This document shows, piece after piece, positions 27,028 through 37,742 of a DNA stretch of 64,000 nucleotides. The position numbers and the translations under genes are program-made. The DNA is from Eledone cirrhosa (lineage: Eukaryota), in assembly GCA_964016885.1 (NCBI GenBank), contig OZ024741.1:40548001-40612000 (forward strand), written 5' to 3'. The notes under the pieces are model-generated. The model was not told the origin of the DNA. It saw only the letters and a program-made list of their open reading frames with translations, and ran no database searches. Position 1 is the first letter of the stretch, and each line of letters begins with the position of its first letter.

Positions 27028-27106
<79 letters not shown>

Positions 27107-27367
27107 CATATATGTATACAGACGTACAGTAGTATGTATATATATATATATACATACATGCACACACATATATATATGTACGTATGGATTCACCGAACAT
27201 TTATTATAATGCTCTAAGAGTGGGAAATGAAATTTCGTTTCATTTTTTCCGTTTATCGTTTTCGGTGCACCCGGCCGATTAACCCACTCGATATGCAAAT
27301 TGGGCTACTCAGCCGTTAATATGCATAAGATAAGTATATACGTTCAACAATCTGGCAGGAAGGTATT

Positions 27368-27408
27368 CGTTGCTGACGATAGCTGATAAACTTGAAACTC
27401 GTACAGCG
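27368..27408 (+). ncRNA. Minimal type I hammerhead ribozyme, family F
   Basis: CGTTG CTGACGA TAGCTGATAAACTT GAAACTCGTA CAGCG. Confidence 0.8.
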
Positions 27409-27787
27409 TTCTTTTGTCAGTGTTGAACAAACGAGCAACGATGGTTGCTAGACACTACGGCTTAATACGGGATGATTGTTTACAAACACACCGAACATTA
27501 TAATAAATGTTCGGTGAATCCATACGTACTTATATATATGTGTGCATGTATGTATATATATATACATACTACTGTACGTCTGTATACATATATGTATGTA
27601 CGTGTACATACTTATATTTAAGTAACAGCCGTACTAAGAGTGGGAAATGAAATTTCGTTTCATTTTTTCCGTTTATCGTTTTCGGTGCACCCGGCCGATT
27701 AACCCACTCGATATGCAAATTGGGCTACTCAGCCGTTAATATGCATAAGGTAAGTATATACGTTCAACAATCTGGCAGGAAGGTATA

Positions 27788-27828
27788 TGTTGCTGACGAT
27801 AGCTAATAAGCTTGAAACTAGTACAGCG
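27788..27828 (+). ncRNA. Minimal type I hammerhead ribozyme, family F
   Basis: TGTTG CTGACGA TAGCTAATAAGCTT GAAACTAGTA CAGCG. Confidence 0.85.
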
Positions 27829-28023
27829 TTCCTTTGTCAGTGTTGAACAAACGAGCAACGATGGTTACTAGACACTGCGGCTTAATACGGGATGTTTGTT
27901 TACAAACACACCGAACATTATAATAAATGTTCGGTGAATCCATACGTATATATATATATATATGTGTGTGCATGTATGTATATATACATACTACTGTACG
28001 TCTGTATACATATATGTATGTAC

Positions 28024-28096
<73 letters not shown>

Positions 28097-28539
28097 TTTC
28101 TCTCTCTCTCTCTCTACACTCACTTTACTGAGATCGCCGCGGAAAAACCTTGCTCCTCAGTTATACGTCCACCGGGCTTATACCCATCGATACAGTATAA
28201 CTTATTCTATTTTCTCCTCGGTTACTTACATACATGTGCCATTGTCCTGTGTTCCCTCTTCTATTCGGTATGTTTACTTCATTTTTTCCTCTTTCTCTTT
28301 TTTTTTCTTTCTTCCTCTCTCTTCACTATCACTTCTTTCGCTCATGGCCTTTTGATGGATAAAGGCCACAGGCGCGCTACGGATCAATGTCCTGTTTTAA
28401 GCGCCGAAACATCTATGATCCGTAATAAACAGCTGACGAAGGGTAGCTTTTCTTCTCTTGTTTACGTCCCTATTACCTTCTTACACTTCGTTTTCAGTAA
28501 CCACACAGCCTGCCTCTTTACCTGTACTTTTGTATATAT

Positions 28540-29720
28540 ATATATATAATATAAAGCTGACGGCCGTATGTACGTAACAAACTTTTCGCCAAACAGCACC
28601 AAATTTGCACCATAGAAGTTACTTTCTCCAAGTAAAAAAGTGAGGGTATTTTTATCTACTGGATTTTGTTAACAGATTAAAGACATTATTTAAATATTCA
28701 CTTCTTTAAAATTTCAAATGTCAACACTTCCGGTTATACGGCATTCCTCACTTTTTCTTAGTGTCTTTTTAGATAGATACATAGCTATGACGTCGCGCCC
28801 TTATAATATGTCCCTGTATGACTGGCTGTCTGCATTAGATAACGTTTTTCGAAATATTTACTTCTGCGGTCACAGATTGATTTTTTTTTTGTTTCAGAAG
28901 ATCCCGTTAAGGGTGAAAGCAGCGATTCTTTGCTTAAACTTTAATCTGTTATTTTAATATATATATTCGTGTACAGATATTTTTGCATACGCTAAAACAA
29001 AAACCTATTTATTTCACGAAAGCACGGATACCTGCCCACATTTAAAGTACAGGGCCAAGTGTACCACACGATTGGAAGTCTCCTACCTCTGACCGACGAA
29101 GACCACAAGTTTTTGCAAATCTACTTCATTGGAGATGCATCGTCAGGAACCAGACTTGAAATCATTCGCCAGTTATAGGACATGTTAAGCGACTTCAGTT
29201 TCCAATAAGACTAAGCTTCGCGATTACCATCAACAAAGCTCAGGGTCAAACCCTAAAAGTGGCTGGCCTTCATCTGGGAAAAACCATGCTTCTCCCATGG
29301 TCAATTGTATGTAGGATGCTCTAGGGTGAGCTCGCCTAACAATCTCTTCATCTTTGCTCCGGAGGGCCGAACAAAAAAATATTGTATACTCTGAGGCTCT
29401 AACAATGTAATTTATGTATTTTCTGTTACTTGGAACTTCCATTATGGTTGTACAAATTATTGTTTGTTAAAGAATTTGTTCTCTGTTCAGTCTTTATTGT
29501 TGTAACTATCAATTTTCTTTAACGTACTGGCTGCTGAACTGGGGAATCCTAAAAACTATTCAAACCCAACATCAGAGCACGTTAACCCCCACCGACCCCC
29601 CACCCCAACATCGCAGACTTGAGAGGGCGTGCGGTATCTTTGCACTGGAGTGGAGGGGGGGATTCCTGAAAAGATAAAATGCTGGTATACATAGCCGGGC
29701 GCCAGCCGGACGGGCTAGCT

Positions 29721-29722
<2 letters not shown>
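28540..29722 (+). mobile_element. Internally deleted Helitron
   Basis: FKVQGQVYHTIGSLLP...FLQIYF (29041-29130; RepHel N-terminal region), KRLQFPIRLSFAITINKAQGQTL...FSHGQLYVGCSRV (29187-29410; PIF1 C-terminus), GC hairpin then CTAG|T at 29719-29723. The 5' end is approximate. Confidence 0.85.
28891..28939 (+). ncRNA. Hammerhead-like motif, family C (U4A core), inserted within the Helitron
   Basis: GTTT CAGAAGA T-CCC-gttaa-GGG-T GAAA GCA-gcgattctt-TGC TT AAAC. Confidence 0.6.
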
Positions 29723-29763
<41 letters not shown>

Positions 29764-29767
<4 letters not shown>

Positions 29768-30120
29768 CATAGTAATAATAATAAATGTGAAGACTAAAAT
29801 CCAAAGAGGGCTCGATAAGGATAAATATATATCAAATATATAAGAACCCTAGAGCAAATATTTATTAAAATAACAGATTAAAGAGTTTAAGCAAAGAATC
29901 GCTGCTTTCACCCTTAACGGGATCTTCTGAAACTAAAAAAAATCAGAATATCCCGTTAAGGGTGAAAGCAGCGGTTCTTTGCTTGGGACCAACCCTGGGA
30001 CCAACTCACTTTATTCTAATATATATATATATAAACTGGCAATGATAAGTGGTGCGTTCTATTGTCAGTCCCTAGGGAAAATGACTGCAGACTTTTAGTG
30101 AGTTGGTCCCAGGGTTACTT
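29764..30120. mobile_element. Family C fold-back composite, second copy
   Basis: Near-identical to 16236-16540, with an extra inverted pair at 29990-30010 and 30097-30116. Confidence 0.75.
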
Positions 30121-30309
30121 ACTCCAGTAAGTACCCACGGAACCCAACTACTAAATTTAATAGAAATAAGAGAGAGGAGCATTTTCATACAATTTCATGC
30201 CGTGTGAGAATTATCTCTCACTACATTTGAAGTAATAACTGGAGCATAATAAGTTTCTCAAAACGAGTACCAAAATGACTTGCGTTTATTGTAGTCCGTG
30301 ATTTACATA

Positions 30310-30558
30310 TGTGGTAAAAAAATGTGCCTCGTGGCATGACAAGGTATAATCCTGAATTATAAGATATGGTGGAAAAAGGTTAGCATGCTTGCGCTCGATG
30401 TGACCAGTTTGAGAGGTGCCGCCAAAAGAGTGTAAGTGAGCAAGAGAGGTCGAGTGACGTCAGAACACTCCCTTATATACTGGCCACGGGGAAGTAACTC
30501 CAATTAGTTTTTTCTCCCCGGGCAAGGTGACGCTAGTCGCTACAAGGCTCCCCTCCAG
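30310..30558 (-). mobile_element. Probable 3' LTR (30310-30544) and polypurine tract of the Gypsy element
   Basis: Minus strand GGAGGGGAGCCT then TGTAGCGAC...GTATATAA...ACCACA; the left boundary is tentative. Confidence 0.55.
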
Positions 30559-30792
30559 ACGATAGTCGATAATAACCGTAAGGTCATTGTAGCGAGGAGC
30601 CGTAAAATAGGAGCAAGCAAAACAAAAGGTACATAAATTACAATGGTTTGTAACAGAAGCAAAGTATGAAATAAGCATGCAGAGAAATTTAACTGGAACA
30701 ATAAAATTCAAAACAGTACAAAGGAGCAAGGAAAATTGTGCTCAAAATAAGTTCAACATTTTTCAAAGTCAAATAGTTAATGCCACTAGGGG

Positions 30793-32350
30793 TTAGATGT
30801 ATATTGTTTTTGAGAGTTCACGTGGCCATATTACTGTCCTGCCACCTCGTGTGACATAAAGTTGTGTGGTATGTAGTGTTTGCGGTGGAGGTGAAGGTGT
30901 TTGTGTGTGAATGTATGTACGAGGTATGTCAGCCAATGACGTGAGAGTTTCAGAGAAAGCCTTCTTTGCTCTGTCAACGGATATAATCTCTTTTCGACCA
31001 TCGACAGCCACTGTAAAGTGTTTTGGTGTGACGCAAGTGGTCCCTTGACGGAATCATTCCTTATAAAAATATGTGTCCACGTAGAGATGTCCGATGGGAC
31101 AGCAGAAGAAATAGACTGGTCACGAGGGTTCATTGGTGGAAGATCCGAGAAATACAAACGAATCCTGGTGACATATGATGCTGGGTCAAAATGCGATGAA
31201 TCCACTGGTGATAACATTTGACCAGGAAGAGTCAATGTGATACCATAAAGAAGTTCAGCAGAAGAGAAACCTAAATCTGTCTTAATGGCAGAACGACAAC
31301 GAAGAAGCACGATTGGCAAAAATTGGGTTCAACGTTGCGGATCAGGAGTAGCGCGGAGTGCAGCTTTCAACTGTCTGTGAAATCTCTCCTCCATTCCGTT
31401 AGAGGCTGGGTGGTAGCTGGTCGTGTGGATGTGATGAGCACCCAAGAGTCGTGATATTTCACGAAATAAGGAAGCTTCAAACTGTTGTCCACGATCCGTA
31501 ATTATTTTAGCAGGAACACCAAAGCGAGCAATCCAATTGGAAATGAAAGCTCGGGCAACGGACTCTGCTGTTATGTCCATGAGGGGTATGTCTTCAGGCC
31601 ACCGAGAAAAACGATCGCTACAAGTCAATATGTATGTGAACCCACGACTAACGGGCCACGGACCAACAATATCCATGTGAATATGACGGAAACGTACATC
31701 TGGCGGGCTGAATTTTCCAAGAGGAGTGCGGACATGCCGATAAATCTTAGAGCGCTGACACTTCAAACAAGAACATGTCCAACTGGTGATTAAACGACGC
31801 ATATTAGGCCAGAAAAATCGAGCTGTAATAAGCTTCACCGTGGCAGCTATGCCGGGATGCGACAAGGAATGAAGTGCATCAAAAACGGTACGCTGATGAC
31901 AATCCGGAACAAACGGTCTGGGTGATCCAGTAGAAATATCGCAAATAATTTTTCCTTCAGCAGATGGAAGAGGTAAGTAGTCAAACTTACAGCAGGAAAG
32001 AAGAAATGTCCAACGAATCCCAAATAGGTTGGTTAGTTGCTATGGCAACCAAATCGATATGTGCAGGAGACGCAAGAGAACACACAGAAAGTCGAGATAG
32101 TGCGTCCGCAGGCATGTTGATAGTTCCAGCTATATGACGAATGTCACTGGTATACTGGGAGATGAGATCCAGATGCCTATACGCTCTCGGAGAGTACCTG
32201 TCGGATTTGGTGTGAAGAACGAATGTGAGTGGTTTATGGTCTGTGAATACCGTGAATTCCCGACCTTCAAGAAGATGGTGGAAATGTCCCGCAGCAAGAT
32301 AAATCGCTAGAAGCTCTCTGTCAAAAGTACTGTATCGTTGCTCTGTATCG
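30793..32350 (-). pseudogene. Ty3/Gypsy pol fragment (RNase H and integrase)
   Basis: YSTFDRELLAIY...FTVFTDHKPL; SHPGIAAT...CLKCQ; HMDIVGP, ITDRGQQFE, YHPASNGMEERFHRQLK; C-terminal TRGGRTV. Confidence 0.92.
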
Positions 32351-32367
32351 TTGAACCCGGGGATACA

Positions 32368-32409
<42 letters not shown>

Positions 32410-32534
32410 AGTTTATCCCGGGTTCAATCGGGACTAACCACAGTAAGTAAGGTACTCAATACAAAGCAGAGTATAAATATTTAATATAGAAAGGCTTCTA
32501 CAGGACTAGAACTGTTTCAATCGGGAGAAATCAT
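32350..32534 (-). mobile_element. Family B fragment with truncated hammerhead (32493-32534)
   Basis: Minus strand ATGATTTCTCCCGATTGAAACAGTTCTAGTCCTGTAGAAGCC; inverted tail piece at 32351-32371. Confidence 0.7.
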
Positions 32535-32557
32535 ATCTATATATATATATATATATA

Positions 32558-32607
<50 letters not shown>

Positions 32608-33275
32608 CATACATACACATACATATATATACACACACATATATTCGAAAAGCATTAGTCAACCCATGGCTTTCGTAGAAGGCACTTGCTCAAAGTTCCA
32701 CGTAATGTGAGTGAACGCAAAACCACGTGGTTGCGATGCTAACTCCTTAACCACACAGCCATTCCTACGCCAATTTAATTTAATTTTTTTTCCTCTTGTA
32801 ATTTGCTGGTAAAATTACTAGAGTGAATTTCATTTCCTATATTATTATGTGGCGTTTTTGCAACACGCCACAAGACGTAATTGACTTGTGTAATTCATGC
32901 ATGAAAGACCTCTAGTGGTACCACTGGCGCCAAACATGGTGGAAATGGTAAAGTAAATTTCTGGAAGTAGTATGATTAGGAGGCAAATGATTGACATATT
33001 AAAAGTCAACTTCTTCACGCATAAACGGAATGAAAAAGGGTTGGAAGAAAGCGGCTACACAGAAACAAACAAACACACACATATAAACAAACACAGAAAC
33101 AAATACACACTATCATACATATAGATACACAGACATACATACACTGCTGGAAGAGAACGCCTACACATACACACACACAAACAAACACGCAAGCACACAC
33201 GTAATCTCTATCTTTTACATTTACTTGGGCTCAATCGTACAAAATTCCCCATTTTTATTTAGCACACACACACAC

Positions 33276-33341
<66 letters not shown>

Positions 33342-33382
33342 ACATATATATATATGTATATACACACACACACACACACACA

Positions 33383-33718
33383 CCGGTCGCTCTCCGACAG
33401 GTTTGCGGTCGTGCCCTTGGCAGTGGAGACTTCTGTTGTCTTTGGCCCTAGGGCTACCTCCCTACTCACCACCATAGGCGCTGAGCTGGCCAGCCGCAGG
33501 TGTGAGCCTCGCGAGTTGGAATGGCTCTTCCAGCGCATCTCCCTTACCATCCTCCGGGGAAACGCCTTCGCCATTCTGTCCGCTGTGGGAAGGCCACCAC
33601 GTGGGACCCCATTTGATCACCATACGGAGAGATGGGGAGGCAGAGAGAGATGGAGGCGATAACAGTGGGAGTTCGGCTCTTCCACGTTCGGACCATATCC
33701 TTGTGGTTGTGTTTATCA
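33383..33718 (+). pseudogene. CRE-clade non-LTR 3' fragment
   Basis: [11 protein letters not shown]...[21 protein letters not shown]; close copy at 41675-42062 (-). Confidence 0.8.
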
Positions 33719-33902
33719 AGCCCTAGTGCAGTAATGAATTATATGTAAAAATTGTTACTCGATTCCAATTTTGTGTCGTATAAGTTATAATCATATTTAC
33801 CTGATTGATATTGTTGTCATTACACATTGATGAACAGTTCAACAAATGGTACAGAAATTAAGAAAACACACACACACACACACACACGCACACACGCACA
33901 CG

Positions 33903-33962
<60 letters not shown>

Positions 33963-34148
33963 ATAATGTCAACCTACGGACTGATCTTTGCTCTTTAAGC
34001 TCTGCTGATGGTGATCGAATTTTGTGGGGAAAAATATCTCATGTTAAGGCGGTGACTGCAACTGGCGGAGTTTAGCGTCAAAGTAATATATATATATATA
34101 TTAGTGAAAAAGAACAAAGGAACTATTATGACATTATAACAAGTTTAT

Positions 34149-34195
34149 TGCCGACAGCCGTTTCGTCCGACCACATGGCGGGACTTTTCAAGGCA
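34149..34195 (-). ncRNA. Hammerhead (U3-A8 variant) in the inverted pLTR copy
   Basis: Reverse complement of 36785-36831. Confidence 0.75.
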
Positions 34196-34205
34196 TATAA
34201 CATGT

Positions 34206-36337
34206 AGCCAACCTAGATGAGATTAACAGGGAGGCTAAAGTGATAGTAACGAAGCTAGGATTAGAGAAATGCACACAACCTTATACCCCCCGACAACCAA
34301 GGTTCACATTGAAAGATCATAAGGAGGACTTCGCAAGTAGCCCCTCTGTCAGGCTCATTAGCCCCTCTAAATCTGACATAGGGATTATAAGTAAAAAAAT
34401 ACTAGATGAAGTCATACCGAAAGTTAAAGACAGGATTAGCCTGGACCTATGGGGAAACACTGCAGAAGTGGTTCTCAAGCATTAGCAACCACAAATCACT
34501 ACGCTTCAACCAGTTCGATATAGACTCCTACTATACGTCTATATCCCCCATACTACTAAATTAGGCGCTCATGATGGCAATGCGGACGGGCGGACTCGCT
34601 AGATCCCAGACTGACATAGTCCTTGCCGCTCGTAAAACAATTATCACATTTGAGGATGAATTGTGGACGCGCAAGAACACTCGTAACAATTTCGACATCA
34701 CTATGGGGTCTAGCGACTCAGCGCAGGTGACAGACCTCGTCGGATTGTACTTGCTCAAGGAGCTCAACAAGCAGCTCCCACACCTCAGAGGTGGGCTATA
34801 CCGTGACGACGCATTGCTTACTGTGGACTTTAAACGGCACAACCTAGAAAGAACTAGAAAGGACCTTTATAAATTCTTCAAGAATTTTAACCTATCAATA
34901 ACTATGGATAGAAATAGTAAGGTAGTCAACTTTCTAGATGCCACACTAGACCTAGATAAGTTAGAATATGCACCGTACCATAAACCTAACGAAAGGCTGA
35001 CATACGTCAATGCCAGCTCCAACCACCCAGGCTCAGTCCTCAAAGCAATAGTTAAAGGAGTATCTAGTAGGATTAGCGGACTATCTAGCAGCGTGACCGC
35101 ATTTGAAGCGAACGCGGAATATTACAACAAGGCGCTAGCTGGGTCAGGGCACAAAGATAAACTCCATTATGTTGAGATAGGCGGCACCACCCCGCCACCC
35201 CAACCCAGCACTGTAATCACGCACAATATGTCCATGGGAGTTGGAAGGGGAGCTAGAAAGACGAATAGGGACAATAGGAAGTTAGATAAGAACAACAACA
35301 CTCGCAACGCAGACACGGATAGGGCCCACACGCCTGGTAAGCGCTATGCCGCCCCGAGCAAGTCCAACAGTGAAAACGGGGGACAGAGACCTAGGAGACT
35401 CGAGACCAACGCACATACCACTGGGAGCACAGCAACCACACCTGGTAGAACCCGTAATAATATAGACGAAGAGAGGGTAAGCAGCATAGGGCATAGGAAA
35501 CGCAGTGGAAGGAATAGAAGACGTGATAGTACCTTCTTTAACCCGCCCTTCAACTCTAATGTTACTACAGACCTCCCCAAATCTTTTTTCTCTTTAATAG
35601 ATAAGAACTTCCCCCCGGGTAGTAGGTACGGCAGTGTCATCAATAAGAATACTATCAAGCTATCGTACTCTACAACCCCTAATCTGGCCTCACACCTAGC
35701 TAAGACCAATAAGAGTAAGATTAAAGAGGGACTTAAGGCCATCCGAAATAGTGAACCACGCCAGTACACACGACAACACGGGACCAACCCACTGAGTGAA
35801 AGACCCAGGGGGATAATAGGCAATAGAACCGGTCCCACTAGACAGCCCCGCGGCCGCTTGGAGGGACATGCACCCCTGATTGAGGAGCATGACCCTACTA
35901 AAAAGTGTAACTGCAGAAGGAAGGACAAATGCCCACTAGCTGGACACTGCCTTATTAGGAACGTGGTATATGCTTGTAACGTAACCACAGGCACGTATAC
36001 TAAGACGTATGTGGGATCAACCGCTAACGAGTTCAAGACGAGGTTCAACGCCCACCAGCATAGCTTCCGATATGAGAAGCTTAAAAATACCACGTCGTTA
36101 GCGGGGCATATACATAGCTTAAAACAAACAAAAAACCCCTACACACTAAGCTGGAGATGCCTTACTAAAGCTCCTCCATATAGCTCGTTGAGCAGGTGTT
36201 GTAGCCTGTGCCTATCTGAATCTCATGCCATAGTATTCTCAGGACTCAACTTGCTCAACAGGAGATCAGAAATCTTCTCGTCCTGCCCCCATACCATACT
36301 TAGCTCTTTCTTAGAAGGGAACATCAAAACTTCGTAA
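34206..36337 (+). pseudogene. PLE polyprotein: RT, long linker, GIY-YIG endonuclease with Cys clusters; frameshift near 34470 and TAG near 34562
   Basis: TLKDHK...VRLISPSKS, NQFDIDSYYTSI, FDITMGS, GLYRDDAL, VNFLDATLDL, YVNASSNHP, CNCRRKDKCPLAGHC, NVVY...TYVGST..FKTRFNAH, CSLCLSE, CPH. Confidence 0.9.
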
Positions 36338-36784
36338 GTTTTCTGAAATTTGTAAACGTGATCTCGGGGGAAGAAGGTTTTTTTCTATCGGGAAAAAAAA
36401 ATTTTTTCTCTAGAAGGAATTTCATAGGAAACTTTATATATTTTTTAGGGAAACTTTATATTTTTATTTTTTATTTTATTAGCCTCTTAATTTCTTCTAG
36501 TCTAGTAGGTTTATTGGAACCTGTAAGCTTTATGCACTTATTGAGGGATTTTCTAAGGTGCTTCTACGGGACCCCAAGTCTTTTAGTTTACTGTTAATGC
36601 GTAAATTATATATTATCTAATTTTTAAACTTCAATCCCTGACCCCGACAACTGATATAAAGGAGCCCCCTGAGAATATAGACCCCAACTATACAAGCGGA
36701 GTTGCTGATGTATACCACAATTTCAAACTGCTAGCCTTAAGTGATACGTTGATGTAAATAATGATCTTACAATCACATGTTATA

Positions 36785-36831
36785 TGCCTTGAAAAGTCCC
36801 ACCATGTGGTCGGACGAAACGGCTGTCGGCA
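36785..36831 (+). ncRNA. Type I hammerhead with U3-A8 core variant in the PLE 3' pLTR
   Basis: TGCC TTGAAAA GTCC-c-ACCA-tg-TGGT-c-GGAC GAAAC-ggct-GTC GGCA, overlapping AATAAA at 36831-36836. Confidence 0.8.
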
Positions 36832-37007
36832 ATAAACTTGTTATAATGTCATAATAGTTCCTTTGTTCTTTTTCACTAATATTTCTGCTCTGCGTATACG
36901 CATAGAGCTTAACTAGCTACCGTCACATATTTGGTCGGTCAGACGTGATCATCGCGATTCACATACGACCTACCATACATCTTACTTATATATATATATA
37001 TATATAT

Positions 37008-37084
<77 letters not shown>

Positions 37085-37121
37085 GTTGAGAATATATGAA
37101 TATTTAAAAGTTAAAATAAAA

Positions 37122-37355
37122 AGCCCAAGCAGAGAAATGGTATAAGCCTAGCTTATAAAATCGGGTGAAGGCACTTAAAAGACGGAAGATGTTGTCAACA
37201 GCCGCTATGAGGAATTGAACCCCATATCTTCCAGATACCGACTAGACGCTTTAAACTGTAATCTAAGGGGCCATGCGGTTCAATTCCGCATATGTCCTTT
37301 AAATGTCTTCACCCTATTTTATAAGCTATCTTTATAGCATTTCTGCACTTGGGCT
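37122..37355. repeat. Diverged inverted pair of a tRNA-related element
   Basis: Arms 37122-37183 and 37294-37355; opposed B-boxes GGAATTGAACC (37211) and GGTTCAATTCC (37277). Confidence 0.6.
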
Positions 37356-37376
37356 CTTTCTTTATACTTATATAAT

Positions 37377-37421
<45 letters not shown>

Positions 37422-37583
37422 TTATGTGGGTGTGGGTGTGCGTGTTTGTGTGTGTGTGTGTGTGCGTGCGTGCGTGCGTGTGTGTGTATGCAACTAAGAC
37501 TGTCGATTGCCCTAACCTTACATTAACATCCAGAATAAATCAACGCGAACCTCAAACCCATGCCAAACATGAACTATACACAC

Positions 37584-37742
37584 GGCTCAGTGGTTAGAGC
37601 ATTGGGCTTGCAATCGAAAGGTTGTGAGTTCAATTCTCGGACCGGGTGATGTATTGTTTCCTTGAGCAAGACACTTTATTTCACGTTGCTCCAGTTTACT
37701 CAGCTGTAAAAATGAGATGATAGGACTAGGGTCCCTATCATT
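37584..37742 (+). mobile_element. tRNA-derived SINE, family S2
   Basis: GGCTCAGTGGTTAGAGC A-box and GAGTTCAATTCT B-box; copies at 58182-58338 (-) and 61207-61380 (-). Confidence 0.85.

Larger units (their letters stand above)
27100..28031 (+). mobile_element. Family F: inverted tail (about 27100-27212) followed by two tandem 420-bp units
   Basis: TAAGAGTGGGAAATGAAATTTCG starts at 27215 and 27635; flanked by (TA)n. Confidence 0.85.
34098..36990 (+). mobile_element. Penelope-like element (Naiad-like), 5'-truncated, with inverted pLTR copy, in (TA)n
   Basis: 34098-34205 is the reverse complement of 36775-36882 (108 bp, 1 mismatch); RT-GIY-YIG ORF between; TA tracts on both sides. Confidence 0.9.

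Noticed and set aside
25123-28031. CRISPR-like array
   Set aside because: Units are hundreds of bp with no unique spacers, the context is eukaryotic, and there are no cas genes.
28345-28445. Permuted hammerhead (GAAAC at 28406, CTGACGA at 28433)
   Set aside because: Stems I and III do not close properly in any topology tried.
34206-36780. Selenocysteine recoding (reported for some Naiad PLEs)
   Set aside because: The in-frame stop is TAG, not TGA, and no convincing SECIS was seen in the 3' UTR by eye.
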